From the NCBI GenBank assembly GCA_965153455.1, contig OZ234494.1, forward strand, positions 1,674,001-1,738,000: a DNA stretch of 64,000 nucleotides. Direction: 5' to 3'. This document shows, in pieces, positions 36,554-50,449 of this stretch. Every line of letters begins with the position of its first letter. The stretch's first letter is position 1. The notes beneath the pieces are model-generated. The model worked only from the letters and a program-made list of their open reading frames with translations, was not told where the DNA came from and made no database searches. The translations under genes and the position numbers were made by a program. Source of the DNA: Sphagnum compactum (taxonomy: Eukaryota).

Positions 36554-39500
36554 GAGACACAAATGCCCATAACAGCCCCTCGCAAGGTCCTCACCTGATC
36601 TAAAGAACAAGTATAATGATGAAACCCTGCCAAACTTTATAAAATGAAAGCACCCAAGAAAGGGAGAGAAAAAGAAACAAGGGGCAAGGACCAAAGTCCC
36701 GGCAAGCAAACAGCCCAAAAGAGCCGGGCCACAAGGAGGTAATGGAACCACTAAGTATCGAAACCTCCAATAATAATTACCATATAGTTGTTTTGTAAAT
36801 GATTCATTTGAGAGGAGAGGAGGGACCTTTCGTGTAAGGTTTTGCACTTGGTGAAACGTTTTGTGTAAAGTGCCAACCATCTTCTGTTGATGCAGAAGTT
36901 TTACAGAGGGCAATGAGGACTCCAAATGCACTGGATAAATATATGGGTTTCTTTATGTCAAGTTAATCCCCACATGTTCGCAAAATTCTCTGAAATAGAA
37001 ATGCAAATTTACTCTTGTTCAGGGAATGAATTTGCATCTAGCAAGAGCTAACAAGAAAGCTCTCCTTCAACTGTAGCTTATAACAACACTAAGACAAACA
37101 AACACAAGGGAAGATGATAAATCAGCTACTGGTCCTTATCGCAGGCAGTAGAAAAGTATTGCCTACCTTTTTTTTTCCCCTCGGTTGCCCTTTTGCCCGT
37201 CCAAGATGTGTCTGGTGGTGCCCAAACAAAGATGGTGCTGCCCATACACACTTTGGGTCCTGTTGTTGTTATGCAGGTTTTGGTCTAGCTCCAAAATTAC
37301 AAGCCCCAAAATGTGCATAACATGGGCCCAAAGGGTGTCTGGGCATCATGTCTCAGGCCAAGGGCAGACTATGAAAGCAAGAACCAGGCAATAATACTTT
37401 TGTAATGCCTGCACTAAGGACACATAGGCTGATGATTTAAGGTCTTCCAAATGGAAGTATTTAAGATGGTTGTCTTTGGGTCCCCATCATGAGAAGAAGA
37501 AAGAAAGAAAGGAAGAAAGAAAGAAAGCAAGCAAGCAAAGCAACAACTTATGCCAACAAATTGTTTTTAATATATTATAGACTGGGTGGGGGGATGGATT
37601 CTTTGAGGTGTTAGGCTGATGATATCTATTGTGGTTGTTGGTCACAGAATTGTTAGGTCAATGGATTTGCAGGGATTTGACTGGGCTGGTTATTGGCAGG
37701 AGTAGTCTCTGATTTGCAAACCATGATTGACCACTGCTACCTTGGGCTTGTGGGTTCACCTTTCTTTGTTCCTACAGCTAGGCTAGATAGAGGGGGCCAG
37801 GCCTTTGTGATGGATGGTACTTACATGTTGGAGTGTGTCAGTTCTTCACGAGAACATTATCACACGAATCCTCAGAAGCAAAGAAAATGAAGTAAAACAG
37901 ACTACACAGCATTTGGATTGGGCCTACCACTTAGGTCTGACCACTGTTATTGGGGTCATAACAATATGCTTTGAGGGATGCGTATCATCAATTCATCCAT
38001 TCCATGTTTCCAACCGTCATTCATTCATCCATCCATCAATTCATCCCCCATTTTTTGTGTTGCACCTAACTAATAATTCAACCTCAATTTTGTAGTTATC
38101 CTCATCTTCTTTGTGTTGGAAATCCACACATGCAAAAAAAATCCTTAACTCAGAAGGAGATACATACACCTTCTCCAAAGAATATGCTGGCATAGAGTGC
38201 ATTGAACACCACCACACAAGTCCGCACATGCAGAAAGATAAGCTCCCGGATACTCCTCCTCCTCAGGATGCTTTTTGATGCTTCACCAATTGAGAACCCA
38301 AGTGCCAAGAAATGCAGTTTCTGATAGGTAGGAAGGCCCAACCCCAAATGTAGAGATTATCTATTGACATAAAGAGACAGAAATGCTATTGGGTGCTTGC
38401 CTACTGCTAATGACTACCAAAAACAGACAAAAAGTGCTGCCAAGGTTGCTTGCTTGCTTTCTTTCTTTGGGCCTACCAAGACCCAAACTAAACTTTTCAC
38501 AACAAAAGCTAAACCAGGGTTTGTGACCAAGAGTCTCTTGTCCCCAACTATTCTGCACTGCCTCCTTTTGGAAGGTGGGTTCTGTGTAAGTATCTGTGCA
38601 GCAATATTAGCTTTTGCTGCACTACAACAAATTATGGTTTTCCCTATTGCATTGATTGGCTCAAGACACAAATTAATAATCTGTGAGGTAAACCTTATGA
38701 TGGGTTTCATCCATCATCCATTTTAATGCAAACTACATGTGATATCATGGTGGTTCCATACATTTGGGAACCATATGCAACTATGGTTGATGAATTTAGT
38801 TGTATTAGCCCCTGAGTAAGGCTGTAATGCATCACACACCTTGAGAGTGTGGTGCATTCGGGCAACTTTCAAATTCATCAAACAACACTTGTTCATTGCA
38901 AATAAGTCTACAACAAAAAAAAAGACCTCTGCGATTTTCGCTCGTGTAGTTGAAGGCATCCTTATTTGATGAAAATTGCAAACAAGCATTTCAAATGGCA
39001 AAATGCTTGTAAATATGGGCATTTCGAAAAGCGGAATGCTCGTAGATACATGCATTTTGCTTTTCTAAATGCCCATATTAGTTTCTTTCTTTTTAATCAT
39101 GATACCCAGAAGTTACCTGGCTGGTACCCACCAGGTATCATGGTAAAAAAATAAAAGAGTAAAAAATCATCATTTTTTTTACACTGGGGCAACACTCTTG
39201 GGCTGGGGTATTACCCTGCACTAGATGGTCAATTCATCTCCTTTTTAAAGTTCCATCCATGTACATAGGTGATTGGTCAGATTTCCTTTCTATCTAGGAT
39301 GGATCACTCTGGGTTCCCTTCCACTTGAAAGGATATTGATGCCAACCAATGGTGCATAAGTAGGGCAAGTAATCACACATGGCACTATGGACACCACAAA
39401 ATGTCCCAATCCATTCTTACATAGGTTTATCTCTACAAGCATCAATATGTGATGACCATTCATGAAACATCCATGAACTCACGGAACAAAAATTCTCTAT

Positions 39501-41020
39501 AATCTTGGGATGGGAAATAACTACAAACAAATTTGCTTTTCTTGAGTCTAGGAGATTGTTTTGCAACAATGACTCAAAACCATGATCATGGAGTTCAATT
39601 ATTGAAGCCCAGTCTAGAATGTGGAAAAGTATGAATGTCATGCATGCTTCCTCGCTCTTTTTTAACACTTTCAAATTTGTAAGATTTCCATATTCATGGA
39701 GATGTGGGTGTGATTTGCACTATGTTCACACTTAAATATGAAGTTTGAACTCATTGATTGATACACAATCTCTGATGTGGTGTCAACTGTCTTGATTTCA
39801 TAATATTTATGTGTTGCGTGTTTCCTATGACAACATCACACAAATGCATTTTGCATTTCATTTGCCCTTTACAATAGGTACTACCAAAAGTCTGGTCACA
39901 TTTCCTAATCCACAAAAAAATTATTGTGACAGACTAATTTAACTGGTTCATAAAATGGGAGTTTGGAAATGGATGGAGGGATAGGTATGCCCAATATCCC
40001 TACTTTTTCATCCTTTCAAGAGCTGAAGTAAAGGGTTGTGTTGTATGGTGCATTCACACTTGATGTTAAGTTAGTGTTAAATGAAAATCTAGGTGGCAAC
40101 CTAGGTGGCACCCAATGTTAAATGAGTGATAGCTTAATGTTAAGTGAATGTTAGCTTAACATAAAATCTTCATGGTAAGGACGTTTAAGTCCTAAATGAC
40201 TAGCATGGAGGTAGGGGGTTCAACACTAGAGTCCCTAACACCACATGTGAAATGCACATAGAAAAGAAAGAATAAATGCCAAAGAGATTAATACAAACCT
40301 TGCATGCCTTGAGTTTTTCAATTTTAAACTAATTTGTCTACTTTATCTAAAAGAGGTAGTAATTTTATTCAAAATATACACTCATTGAAAACCAAATTAG
40401 GCATCTGATGGTATGCCAATCAAATGGCCCACTGCATTTGTCACCATAACCCTACAATCCTTTTAGTTTAGCTTTACAATATTGTACCACAACCTTAGAC
40501 TATAAACAAATTATGACAAAATCGTTGTCAAACAACCCCATCAATGTGGAAATAACATCCATATGCTCAATGTATGTGTAAGGAACAATTTGGAGAAATT
40601 GATGAAATCATTTAGAAACACATTCATCATATGTATCCACAAGTTTTGGGAAGAAACCAAGATATATATGGGTGTCCCACAAAGATGTTTGGTAAAATGT
40701 GAGATTCGAATCTTGTCACACATTTACCCCTCTTTTTTATGCCAATATTCACCACCACTGAAGATCAAGTTAGGTAATCATATTTAGGGTTATAAGCTGA
40801 CTTGTGGAATTGATCATTGAGCTTAAGTTGCAACATTCAAGAAGTTGCAGTCAAGTAAAGGTTTTCATCAACCATTGACCTAGAATTGGTAATTAGACTT
40901 CTTCTTTGCAATTTGAAGCCCTCTAACCAACCTAATCATATCCATATGTGGCTTCTTGTCCACATTAGGGAGAAAGTGGAGTTTGCAAATTCTAACCATG
41001 CATTTTGTCCACTTCTTGTT

Positions 41021-41284
41021 CCAAAGATGGGGATGAATGATGACCAACATGCAACGGGTTGAGGGATCAAACCTTGACTTGGTTATAGGATGAGCTTGCT
41101 TTGTGAATCCAAAGATGGGGATGAATGATGACCAACATGCAACGGGTTGAGGGATCAAACCTTGACTTGGTTATAGGATGAGCTTGCTTTGTGAATCCAA
41201 AGATGGGGATGAATGATGACCAACATGCAACGGGTTGAGGGATCAAACCTTGACTTGGTTATAGGATGAGCTCGCTTTGTGAAT
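41021..41284 (+). repeat. 88-bp tandem triplication, nearly perfect
   Basis: Unit CCAAAGATGGGGATG...CTTTGTGAAT starts at 41021, 41109 and 41197. I saw one substitution, in copy 3. Confidence 0.95.
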
Positions 41285-42491
41285 CATGGGGAAGATGTTG
41301 TTCATTGCATGCATTAGTGGTTGCGTAATCAATGCCACCTTTTGTCATGAATTATCTGTCCTTTTGTGGGTGAAATGAGGCCCGGTTGATAAAGAGGAAG
41401 AATTTGGTTTCGTCTTATGGTTCCAAAGAAGCTCGCACACCAATGCAACCAAAAAAAATCCTTCACAAACTACTGGGATTTGATTAAATTTCCTGCATTT
41501 CATACTGAGATTTAATTAAATTTCCTTACTTTGCGGATACCACTGAAAGCGGGGATAGGGGGTGAAAGGAGGCCCAAAAAGAGGGTGAAGACAGGGTGAC
41601 CTTAGGGATAACTCTGATGTAGCACTAATAAACTAACAACTAGGAACCAAGCTTGACAGATAGATGGAGGGTGGACAGGAAACAGTTTTTCGTTGGTTTC
41701 AGTTCCCTAGCTATTCATGGGGTATTTGGTTGGCGGATGAAGTATTCATAAGTTATTTAGGGGCAGCCCCAAAGATTGTCGGGTTTTTATCATGGTGTCA
41801 CTATAGATGCTGTTTCACCAAAGACCTAATCATGGCGGTTCATTGTAGCCATGTTGGATGGCCGATTCAGCCTCGGAATTTTGTTACAAACATTTGTGGA
41901 AAGTTGTAAAGACCTGCTCGTTTTTCCATAATGTATTTGCACATACCTTTAATTATAGAGTGTAAAAACCTCACGGGCATTAGGAAAAACAAATAATAGT
42001 CGTGATAATTTTCTTTTTTTTTCTTTTTTTCTGTCATGTAAAGCCCTTGGGTGTGGGCTTTATTTGAAATTTGGCGTGTGCTTGGCTTTGCCCTGTCCAG
42101 CTCTTATTCGGGTAAAGCCTGCTGCCCCCTTTGAGCGTTATGCTACACATATAGAACCCAATTGAGGTTTGGGGTGGTAGATTATGCCATTTTTTTGACT
42201 GGATATCGTGACATAATCTTCTGGTGATGATCATCCACTCCCAATTGTAACCAAAATCTCTTTTGAGTTTGTATATATATATAAAAGGGGAGGGGTGCTC
42301 CTAAGGGCCTCCCTTTAATTTGAGGGTTGTAGCCTTGAAGTCAGTTTCTTGATGATGTAGGCCAAAAAATTAGGGGAGGCTTGTGGGAGATGGCCTTTCG
42401 GAACAGGAAGGTGTGTTCAAATGCAAAACAAAAACCCTTGTAATGAAGCTTTTATGAAATCGGTGAATCTACCAAGGTAGACCTTAACATC

Positions 42492-42697
42492 ATGGAATGG
42501 TCTTGCCCTTGTCCATTATGTTGGGTAAAGCGCCAGGCAAGCTCACATTATGTTGGGTAAGCCCATTACATCGAGCATTATGGTGGGTAAGCTAATGGGC
42601 ATGTATGGTGCCTTACCCGCACGTATGATGGCCGATGTTAGAATGGGCTCTCCTGGCACCTTACGCAACATAATGGGCAGGGGCTTGATCATTCCAT
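42492..42697. mobile_element. ~206-bp MITE-like element with ~46-bp TIRs upstream of the H+-PPase gene
   Basis: ATGGAATGGTCTTGCCCTTGTCCATTATGTTGGGTAAAGCGCCAGG matches the reverse complement of 42652-42697. Internal CATTATG.TGGGTAA repeats. No clear TSD. Confidence 0.7.
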
Positions 42698-42785
42698 AGT
42701 ACAAGTTGGAGAAGGGATTGAGAATAGGTACCTATATCCTATGTAATAGGCTCCTAGTAATGTTGAAACCAATCACTTTAGGTAG

Positions 42786-42804
42786 AAACCCTAACCTAAC
42801 CCTA
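42786..42804 (+). promoter_or_regulatory. Telo-box-like motif AAACCCTAA ~680 bp upstream of ATG
   Basis: AAACCCTAACCTAACCCTA at the edge of the CpG-rich promoter region. Confidence 0.35.
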
Positions 42805-43244
42805 GTACGTAGGGTGTGCAGATAGATAAAGTGGTGCAGATTAAAGCGGTCCAGATTAGGCACGCTTTTTTTGCCGCAAGCGAATTCAGCGTTATCCTCA
42901 ACGGTGCCGATCCGAAACCTTAGGACTTGGACGGCCGAGATTCCAGGCTACTCTGCCTGCAATACCTCATTTGGCTGGGTGTTTCCAGCTCGACGAATCC
43001 AGAGCGTTCCTTGCTTTTCATCGACGGTGACCGTTGACGGAACTCCGTAACGACCACAATTGCCATAGCAAGAGTGGCTCGGAGTTAGACTCAGATGGCT
43101 TGGAGTTAGGTTCGGGAGGGTTTGAGGAGCGGCTGAAGAGAGAGTTGAGCTTTGGGAGAGAGACGACGGTGGCTGGCTCGAGTGGCTCGGAGTTAGGTTC
43201 GAGAGGTTCGGAGACAGGCTCGGGTGGGTTTCCTGAGCGGCAGA

Positions 43245-43250
43245 AGAGAG

Positions 43251-43281
<31 letters not shown>

Positions 43282-43290
43282 GAGAGGAGA
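43245..43290 (+). repeat. (GA)n microsatellite in promoter/5' UTR
   Basis: GAGAGAGAAAGAAAGAAA followed by a (GA)n run. Confidence 0.85.
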
Positions 43291-43466
43291 GCTTGGTGAG
43301 AAAGAGACGACTCCCTTCGCTGCAGACGATAAAGCTCGCACCAAGGCTCGCGGAGGCTGGCGGGAAGGCAAAGGCCAGGAAGAAAGTATTGCACATCTGG
43401 GAAGTAAGGGAGGTCGCTCGCTCGCTCGGACGTAGTGAGAGATTCTGGGAGTTGTTGCAGGCGAAT

Positions 43467-46400
43467 ATGGTGCTAGGGGATGCTTTCGTATTGTGGTTCG
43501 TGCCGGCGGCGGCGGTAGTCGGCATTCTGTTCGCTTTGGTGCAATGGTACATCGTGTCAGGCGTCTCGGTTGGCGGTGAAGGCAAGGGTAACAATGGTTA
43601 CTTGCATGTCGACGAGGACGGCGTCTCTGATGCTGAGGTTGTTGCTAAATGTGCCGAGATCCAGGCTGCCATTTCCGAAGGTGCGGCAACAACGCTTTCT
43701 TTTTGCCGGGGTGTATGTTTGCAAATGAACCGGGATGTTGTGCTATTGTATGCGTGGGGAAGTTTTTCTGTTTTTATAAAGTCTTCTGTTTCTTTCGATT
43801 TATTTTTTTGAGCACAAGGAATAAAAGAAGAAGAGGAGGAAGAAGAGCTGTGATGCATGTTTTCTTGTGCTCGTGTAGCGTTTTTTCCCCCTCGTGTAGC
43901 GTTTAGAAGGAAGGTCCTTTTGGTTGTTGATGGATTTTGAAAGTTGTGGGCTGCTTTGCTTTCTGTCGGGGTAATGTGTTCCTACGTGTTCCTTGTTTCT
44001 TTTGGTCTTCTTTCTTTTGTGATCTGTAGGAAGATGAGGAGGTTGTGAAAGATGAGGTGGTTCTTGCCGCCGTTTTACAAGAGGTTTGGTTGGATCTTGT
44101 CATCATGTGTTCGTAGTCTTGTGGAGTTTCCATGAAGGATGAGGCCTAGTGTATGGGTCTTGAAGGTAGTATTTGCTTGCTTTGGGATTGAGATTTGTTT
44201 GGCAAGGTGATAAGTCCAGGTATGCTGCTGTGTAGTGGAAGTGTTCTTCGAGATCTGTGTTCTTTAAGGAAAAACATGTTTTTGCCGTTCTCGAAATGCA
44301 GTTCTGGCTGTTAGGGGATGTTTCTCTGTAATAGCTTTCATGCCTGCTTGATTGTATGTGATATGGATCTGTACTCCTTATGCTCTTGCTCCAGAATGAC
44401 TCAACAGGAGTGCAATTGTCAAGTATGTCTGGTAGAAGCTCTTGTGGTTGTCTCACAGCAGGTGTCTGTCTGCATCTAAACTGTTCTGCATCTATCATGT
44501 CTTTGTCTATGGCTGTTTGTGGTCTTTTGTATTGATTTACGTTGTGCTTGAAGAATATTGAGCTAATCTTCGCTTGATGATATGCAGGAGCGGAGTCGTT
44601 CCTGGCAACAGAGTACCAGTACCTCCTCATATTTATGAGCATTTTCTCTGTGATCATCTTTGTCTTCCTCTCGTCTGTGGGAGGCTTCAAGTGGGAGAGA
44701 GTGCCCTGTGAATATGATACCACTCAGGAATGCCCTTCTACAATTGCTTATGCCTTCTTCACCACTGTGGCATTCATTCTTGGGGCCCTCACATCCACCC
44801 TATCAGGATACCTTGGGATGAAGATTGCAACTTATGCAAATGCAAGGACAACTCTTGAAGCACGCAGAGGTGTTGGCAGGGCTTTCATTGTTGCTTTCCG
44901 GTCCGGTTCTGTGATGGGCTTCTTGCTTTCTGCCAATGGCCTGCTTGTCCTTTTCCTCACAATCTTGGTCTTCAAGTTGTTCTTCAAGGATGATTGGGTT
45001 GGTCTATATGAGGCAATCACTGGCTACGGTCTTGGTGGATCCTCAGTTGCACTTTTTGGACGTGTTGGTGGGGGTATCTACACCAAAGCTGCTGATGTTG
45101 GTGCTGATCTTGTTGGGAAGATTGAACAGAACATCCCTGAAGATGATCCAAGAAACCCAGCAGTGAGTGTCACATGAACTGGAATGGGTTTGGTTTGTGT
45201 TGTTGAGATCCAGTACCCCTGTTCACTCCTGGCTCATACCTACATCTATTTTTGAGCTTGCATTTCCTAGATTTCAGTTCATTTTCACTTTCCCTAGTGG
45301 TCCATTCATATCATATTTTAGGCTCATGGTTGGATTGATTTCTGAAACCTGAAGAGATAAGTACATTCTCATGTCAGTCTGAATACTAAACCCTGCTTGT
45401 AGAAAAACTGCATTACATCTGTGATTTGTGTTTGAATGGTAATCTCAGATAGAAATATAGTATGGATGTTTGACTGTGCAAATACTGAATCAATCTCTTA
45501 GTCTGACTACAATCTGTGGATCTGGTTTAACTAGTATGCATGCACCTCTAATCTGTCTTCTGCAATTTGATGTTGTGGGAATGACTATTGTCTCTTGGAC
45601 TCAACAGGTTATTGCTGATAATGTGGGAGACAACGTGGGAGATATCGCAGGCATGGGGGCTGATCTGTTTGGATCTTTTGCTGAGTCAACTTGTGCTGCT
45701 CTTGTGGTTTCATCCATCTCATCCTTTGGGACAGACAGGAACTTTGTTGCCATGAGCTTCCCACTTATTATAAGTGCTGCTGGCATCCTTGTGTGCCTCC
45801 TCACAACTCTTGTTGCCACAGACTTGTTTGTTATCAAGGGGGTTAAGCAAATTGAACCCACACTTAAATATCAGTTGGTGATCTCAACTGTGTTGATGAC
45901 CATTGCCATCTTCCTGGTATCATGGTATGCACTGCCTGAGACATTTACCATCAATGTTGTTGGCCATGATCCCAAGGTTGTCAAGAACTGGTAAGTTTGC
46001 TCCTTTCAATTGTTACCACAATTTCTGTATACTGGACTTTTCAATGTATTTATGCATTCTTCTGCTGGTCCACGTTTTAAAGGCTCACTTGTGTGTTGTG
46101 TTACAGGCATATATTTCTCTGTGTTGGATCAGGATTGTGGGCTGGTCTTATCATCGGTTTCGTCACGGAATATTTCACCAGCAATACTTACCAGTAAGGA
46201 CCTGGATCTCTTCTCTTGTAATCTGGGCTTGTCTGAAGTATTGTAGCTTTGGTTAGAGCACCTTCTTTCTCGAAGTCTGATGTTTTATCTTTGTGCAGCA
46301 GATAATCTTAATATGTTATGTCTCTGGATTGGTTTGCTCAGTAATGTGTCACAGTTGTTTTCGCACTAACGCAAGCATTTATTTTTCTATCCTGGAACAG

Positions 46401-47958
46401 ACCAGTGCAAGATGTAGCGGATGCATGTAGAACAGGAGCTGCTACAAACATTATATTTGGTTTGGCTTTGGGCTACAAGTCTGTTATCATTCCAGTGTTT
46501 GCAATAGCAGCAGCTATCTACTTGAGTTTCAGTTTAGCTGCCATGTATGGTATTGCTGTTGCTGCTCTTGGGATGCTCAGTACACTGGCAACAGGTCTTG
46601 CTATAGATGCTTATGGTCCTATCAGTGACAATGCTGGTGGTATTGCTGAGATGGCTGGCATGAGCCATGAAGTCCGTGAAACCACTGATGCATTAGATGC
46701 TGCTGGGAATACAACAGCTGCCATTGGGAAGGTATGATGCCACTGATTTAGTGGTTTGCATTGTTTTTACTCCTTGCAAATGCCATTTGCTGAATGGTTT
46801 TTGGAACTTTTGCTGCAGGACTCCATTGCTTGATTCTATCATGGCCAAGACATTTGATTATGTTAGTTTCTAGACCTTGTTACTCTGGGTTCTGAACTTA
46901 AGGGAAATGGTGTTGCAATGTGAACAGGGATTTGCAATTGGTTCAGCTGCCCTTGTTTCTCTTGCCCTTTTTGGAGCCTATGTCAGCAGGGCTGGTATTG
47001 CAGTTGTTGATGTTATTCAACCAAAGGAGTTTGTTGGTTTACTTGTTGGTGCCATGCTGCCTTACTGGTTTTCAGCAATGACAATGAAGAGTGTTGGAAA
47101 GGCTGCCTTGGCCATGGTTGAGGAAGTGAGGAGACAGTTCCGCACCATCTCAGGCTTGATGGAAGGCACTGCCAAGCCTGATTACAAGAGATGTGTTCAG
47201 ATTTCAACTGATGCTTCCATTAAAGAGATGATCCCACCTGGTGCTCTTGTCATGCTCACCCCCATTATTGTTGGCACTTTGTTTGGTGTTGAGACATTGG
47301 CAGGCTTGTTGGCTGGTGCACTGGTCTCTGGAGTTCAGGTAAAAGTCTTCACCACCAAGAGACCAATTTTAGTACACTGGAAGTTTCAAAGTTTTTAATG
47401 ATTGTCATGAATTACTGGTTTTTGGTATTTGGTTATATTTGGTGGGAATGCTCTTCAATGGTTTGTAGCGCAGTGACCTGATTGCTTTGGCTGAAATGAC
47501 AGATCGCCATTTCTGCAAGTAACACTGGAGGAGCTTGGGACAATGCCAAGAAGTACATTGAAGTAAGTTTTGACATTGATTTCAATTCCTGCTTTCTGAT
47601 GTGTCCTACCAGTCTTGTTGGCTTTCAGGGTCTGGAGAGTTTGTAAGCCTATGCCAGTGCAGACTAGATATTGATGTCAGGAACAACGCAACTAATGGTT
47701 CCCAAATGACATCCTAACTTGGGGAATCTCCCTGTCCCATTTAATTGCTGGCAGGCTGGTCGGTCAGAGCATGCAAAGACTTTGGGTCCCAAGGGTTCAG
47801 ATGCCCACAAGGCAGCTGTGATTGGAGACACTGTTGGGGATCCATTGAAGGATACATCAGGACCTTCTCTCAATATCTTGATCAAGTTGATGGCTGTGGA
47901 GTCTCTAGTGTTTGCTCCATTTTTTGCTGCCAATGGAGGATGGTTGTTCCGGCTGTAG
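43467..47958 (+). CDS. AVP1: Vacuolar H+-translocating inorganic pyrophosphatase, type I (K+-dependent), 8 exons, ~754 aa
   Basis: Exons 43467-43680, 44588-45162, 45608-45990, 46107-46193, 46401-46731, 46928-47338, 47503-47562, 47755-47958. All introns are GT-AG and the exons sum to 2265 nt in frame. Motifs: [55 protein letters not shown] (Ala form, K+-dependent), [35 protein letters not shown]. Confidence 0.97.
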
Positions 47959-49069
47959 GGTTCTCCCTGCTATGTGTTTGTGCACATGCCAAACAGTGGG
48001 CAGGATTGGTTTTGCACTTTATCCCCCATTGAGAGTAGTGTAGCATGTGTTAGATGTAACTGTGGGATGTAAACAGCATCTGATATGATTTGTTTCCAGA
48101 TCCAAGAGCTTGCAATAGTTTACGCCTCTTTACCAGTCTAGCAATGTTGTGCGCTTGAGGATGTAGATTGGGGTTCTCCTTATCTCACCTTGAAATTAAT
48201 CTCTTTATTGCTCCAATGTTGATTTGTCTTTCCCATTGCTGCTGCTAGACAGGAAATGAAGAGCAGTTTTAATACTAAAAGCCCTCTTCCAGCAGACTTA
48301 TCTCTTAATTTATCTTAGTGTCTATTTGAGAATATGTAAATAGGGATAATGTAAACTCTGACAGCTTTAATCTCTGGGTTGCTTGTTGTGAAGAACTGAA
48401 TTTGTGGGCAACAAATCTGCAGGCTATAAAACATCATTGAGTCATGCAAGAACTTTGATATAGGTACATTTTGCATACTTGAATTATTATATCAACTCTA
48501 AATTTCAGCCATGTGCTTACAATTTTTACATGTTAGTAAACCATCATTGTCCATGGTTTCTCTTTATTTTCCTACTTGTGATAATACAAAAGTGGTGAGT
48601 TTTGTTGAATGAAAACATTTTACAATTCAACAACTAGTGATGTTTTTTCATGTTTTTGATTGAGTGTCATTGGTACTTTCCATACAATGTTTATCAACAA
48701 GCATGGCAAGCATGTTGTATAGATAGGATAACAGTTTTATTGTATAACGCTAGGTTTAAGTGAATTGTGGGCTATGTGGTAGTTTTAGGAGCAGGATTTG
48801 TTTGAAGTTTTTGTGCAACTCAAATGAAAACCTTGACATGAAATCCATGATGGAGATTGTGCAATATCAATGTACTAAAAGGTAAGGATAATGTCACTAA
48901 TACTAAAAGATTTGAATAAAATTGTATTACACAATTGAAAGATAATGAAGAATTCCTCCTAAAATTTTGTTCATATTCTTAAACTAAAACTTCTCAGAAT
49001 TAAACTTTGACCTACAGGACAAATTTAACCACTTGTCTTTACCTCCCCTTGCTTTTGGGCAGTTAGGAT

Positions 49070-49780
49070 ACCACTTTTTGGACAAAGGAAAGGACTCAAG
49101 GGAAGGACAAAATTTATATAAAATCAATTTAAGTGAAATTTTGGATAATTCAATTTATAGTAATTCATAGGGTAATGGTAATTTTCACATGTGTATGTAA
49201 TTATGCGTGAATAGTTTAATAAAAAATATCACAAATGAAAACAATAAGTACAAATTTTTTTATAGTCAACTTGACATGTTTTCTTACATGATTATTTCTT
49301 GCACATGTGATCCACACTTGGGCCACAATTTTTAAATTTGGTGAATACAAACAATCGATCAAATGGCCAATTTTATTTATCTTGTTTTCAGATTGAACTA
49401 CGTAACTTTCAAAATTTTCATACCATGTCTAATCTAATCAAATGCATTTAATGAAAATTGTTGAACAAAAATGTAAACACTATTTATCCATGAAACAAAA
49501 TTGAAATCAATTGTATTATTTGATGCATTTTTATTTATTCTTTTAAAATAAAAATTATAATTAAGAGAAGGATTCAACTTATTCATTAATATTAAAAAGG
49601 ACACTTATATTGTAGGTGATTTTATTCTTATTTTTAAAACATGATGTTTAGGTAGAGGCATACAACAATCCACTATAATTACAAGGCAACAAATATTAAA
49701 AGAAATCAAAATAGTCATTTGCAATACTCTTTTTGTTAGTCAATCCTTTTGGATACCTTAACCATAAATATGCCTTTTTA
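49070..49780. mobile_element. Second copy of the ~720-bp TIR element
   Basis: Collinear with 31885-32590; ends GGATACCTTAACCATAAATATGCC. Confidence 0.6.
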
Positions 49781-50449
49781 CATCTTGTTGCATATCCCCA
49801 TCACCATAAATCTGAACATTAAAAAATATGCATCCACTAATTAATGTTTATAAAACACAACAAAAACCATTTGGATTTCAATAGATAATCAAGAGGAAAA
49901 AGAAATGGGAAGAAGTCAGTGGATCCTCAAAAGATAAAGTTCTTTCAAGAGAACCATAGATGCATCTACATATTGGTATTTAATGTTGGAATTTATAAAA
50001 GTTGGCAACCATGACAAATGTTTAGGGTTTAATCGACATAGGGATCTCGTCCAAAGTGGTTGAACCCCAATCCTTTTTAAGGATTCTCTCCAATTGGAAT
50101 GGAAAATGATTCACACAAAACAAGTCACCCTAGAATCTAAACAACTTCTAAACTATTAGTTCTAGTCTATTGTGATGGGGCAAATTTGTTGCACCATTCT
50201 TTCCTTTCTATCCCCAAAACAACTTGCAAAAGCCTAACCACTTCACCCAACCCAATTAGAATTCTACAACAAAATAAACAACAAAATGTGATGAATGCAT
50301 AATGCTTGTTGGAATGGAGGCCAACCTTGAAATACCGGATTTCCCAAGCCAAAATACCCTAAAATTGGGGTGTAGACAAATATTTCAAAATTTGGTAAAA
50401 ACAACCATGCATTTGTGCTTGCAAATGTTGGCACAAAACCAACAGTCCC

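Noticed and set aside
42948..43594. Ser/Glu/Arg-rich ORFs around the H+-PPase promoter
   Set aside because: By-products of GC-rich repeats and the (GA)n microsatellite.
44103..44723. 206-aa antisense ORF over intron 1/exon 2
   Set aside because: No recognisable domain. It is explained by the T/G-rich intron and antisense of coding sequence, and there is no independent support.
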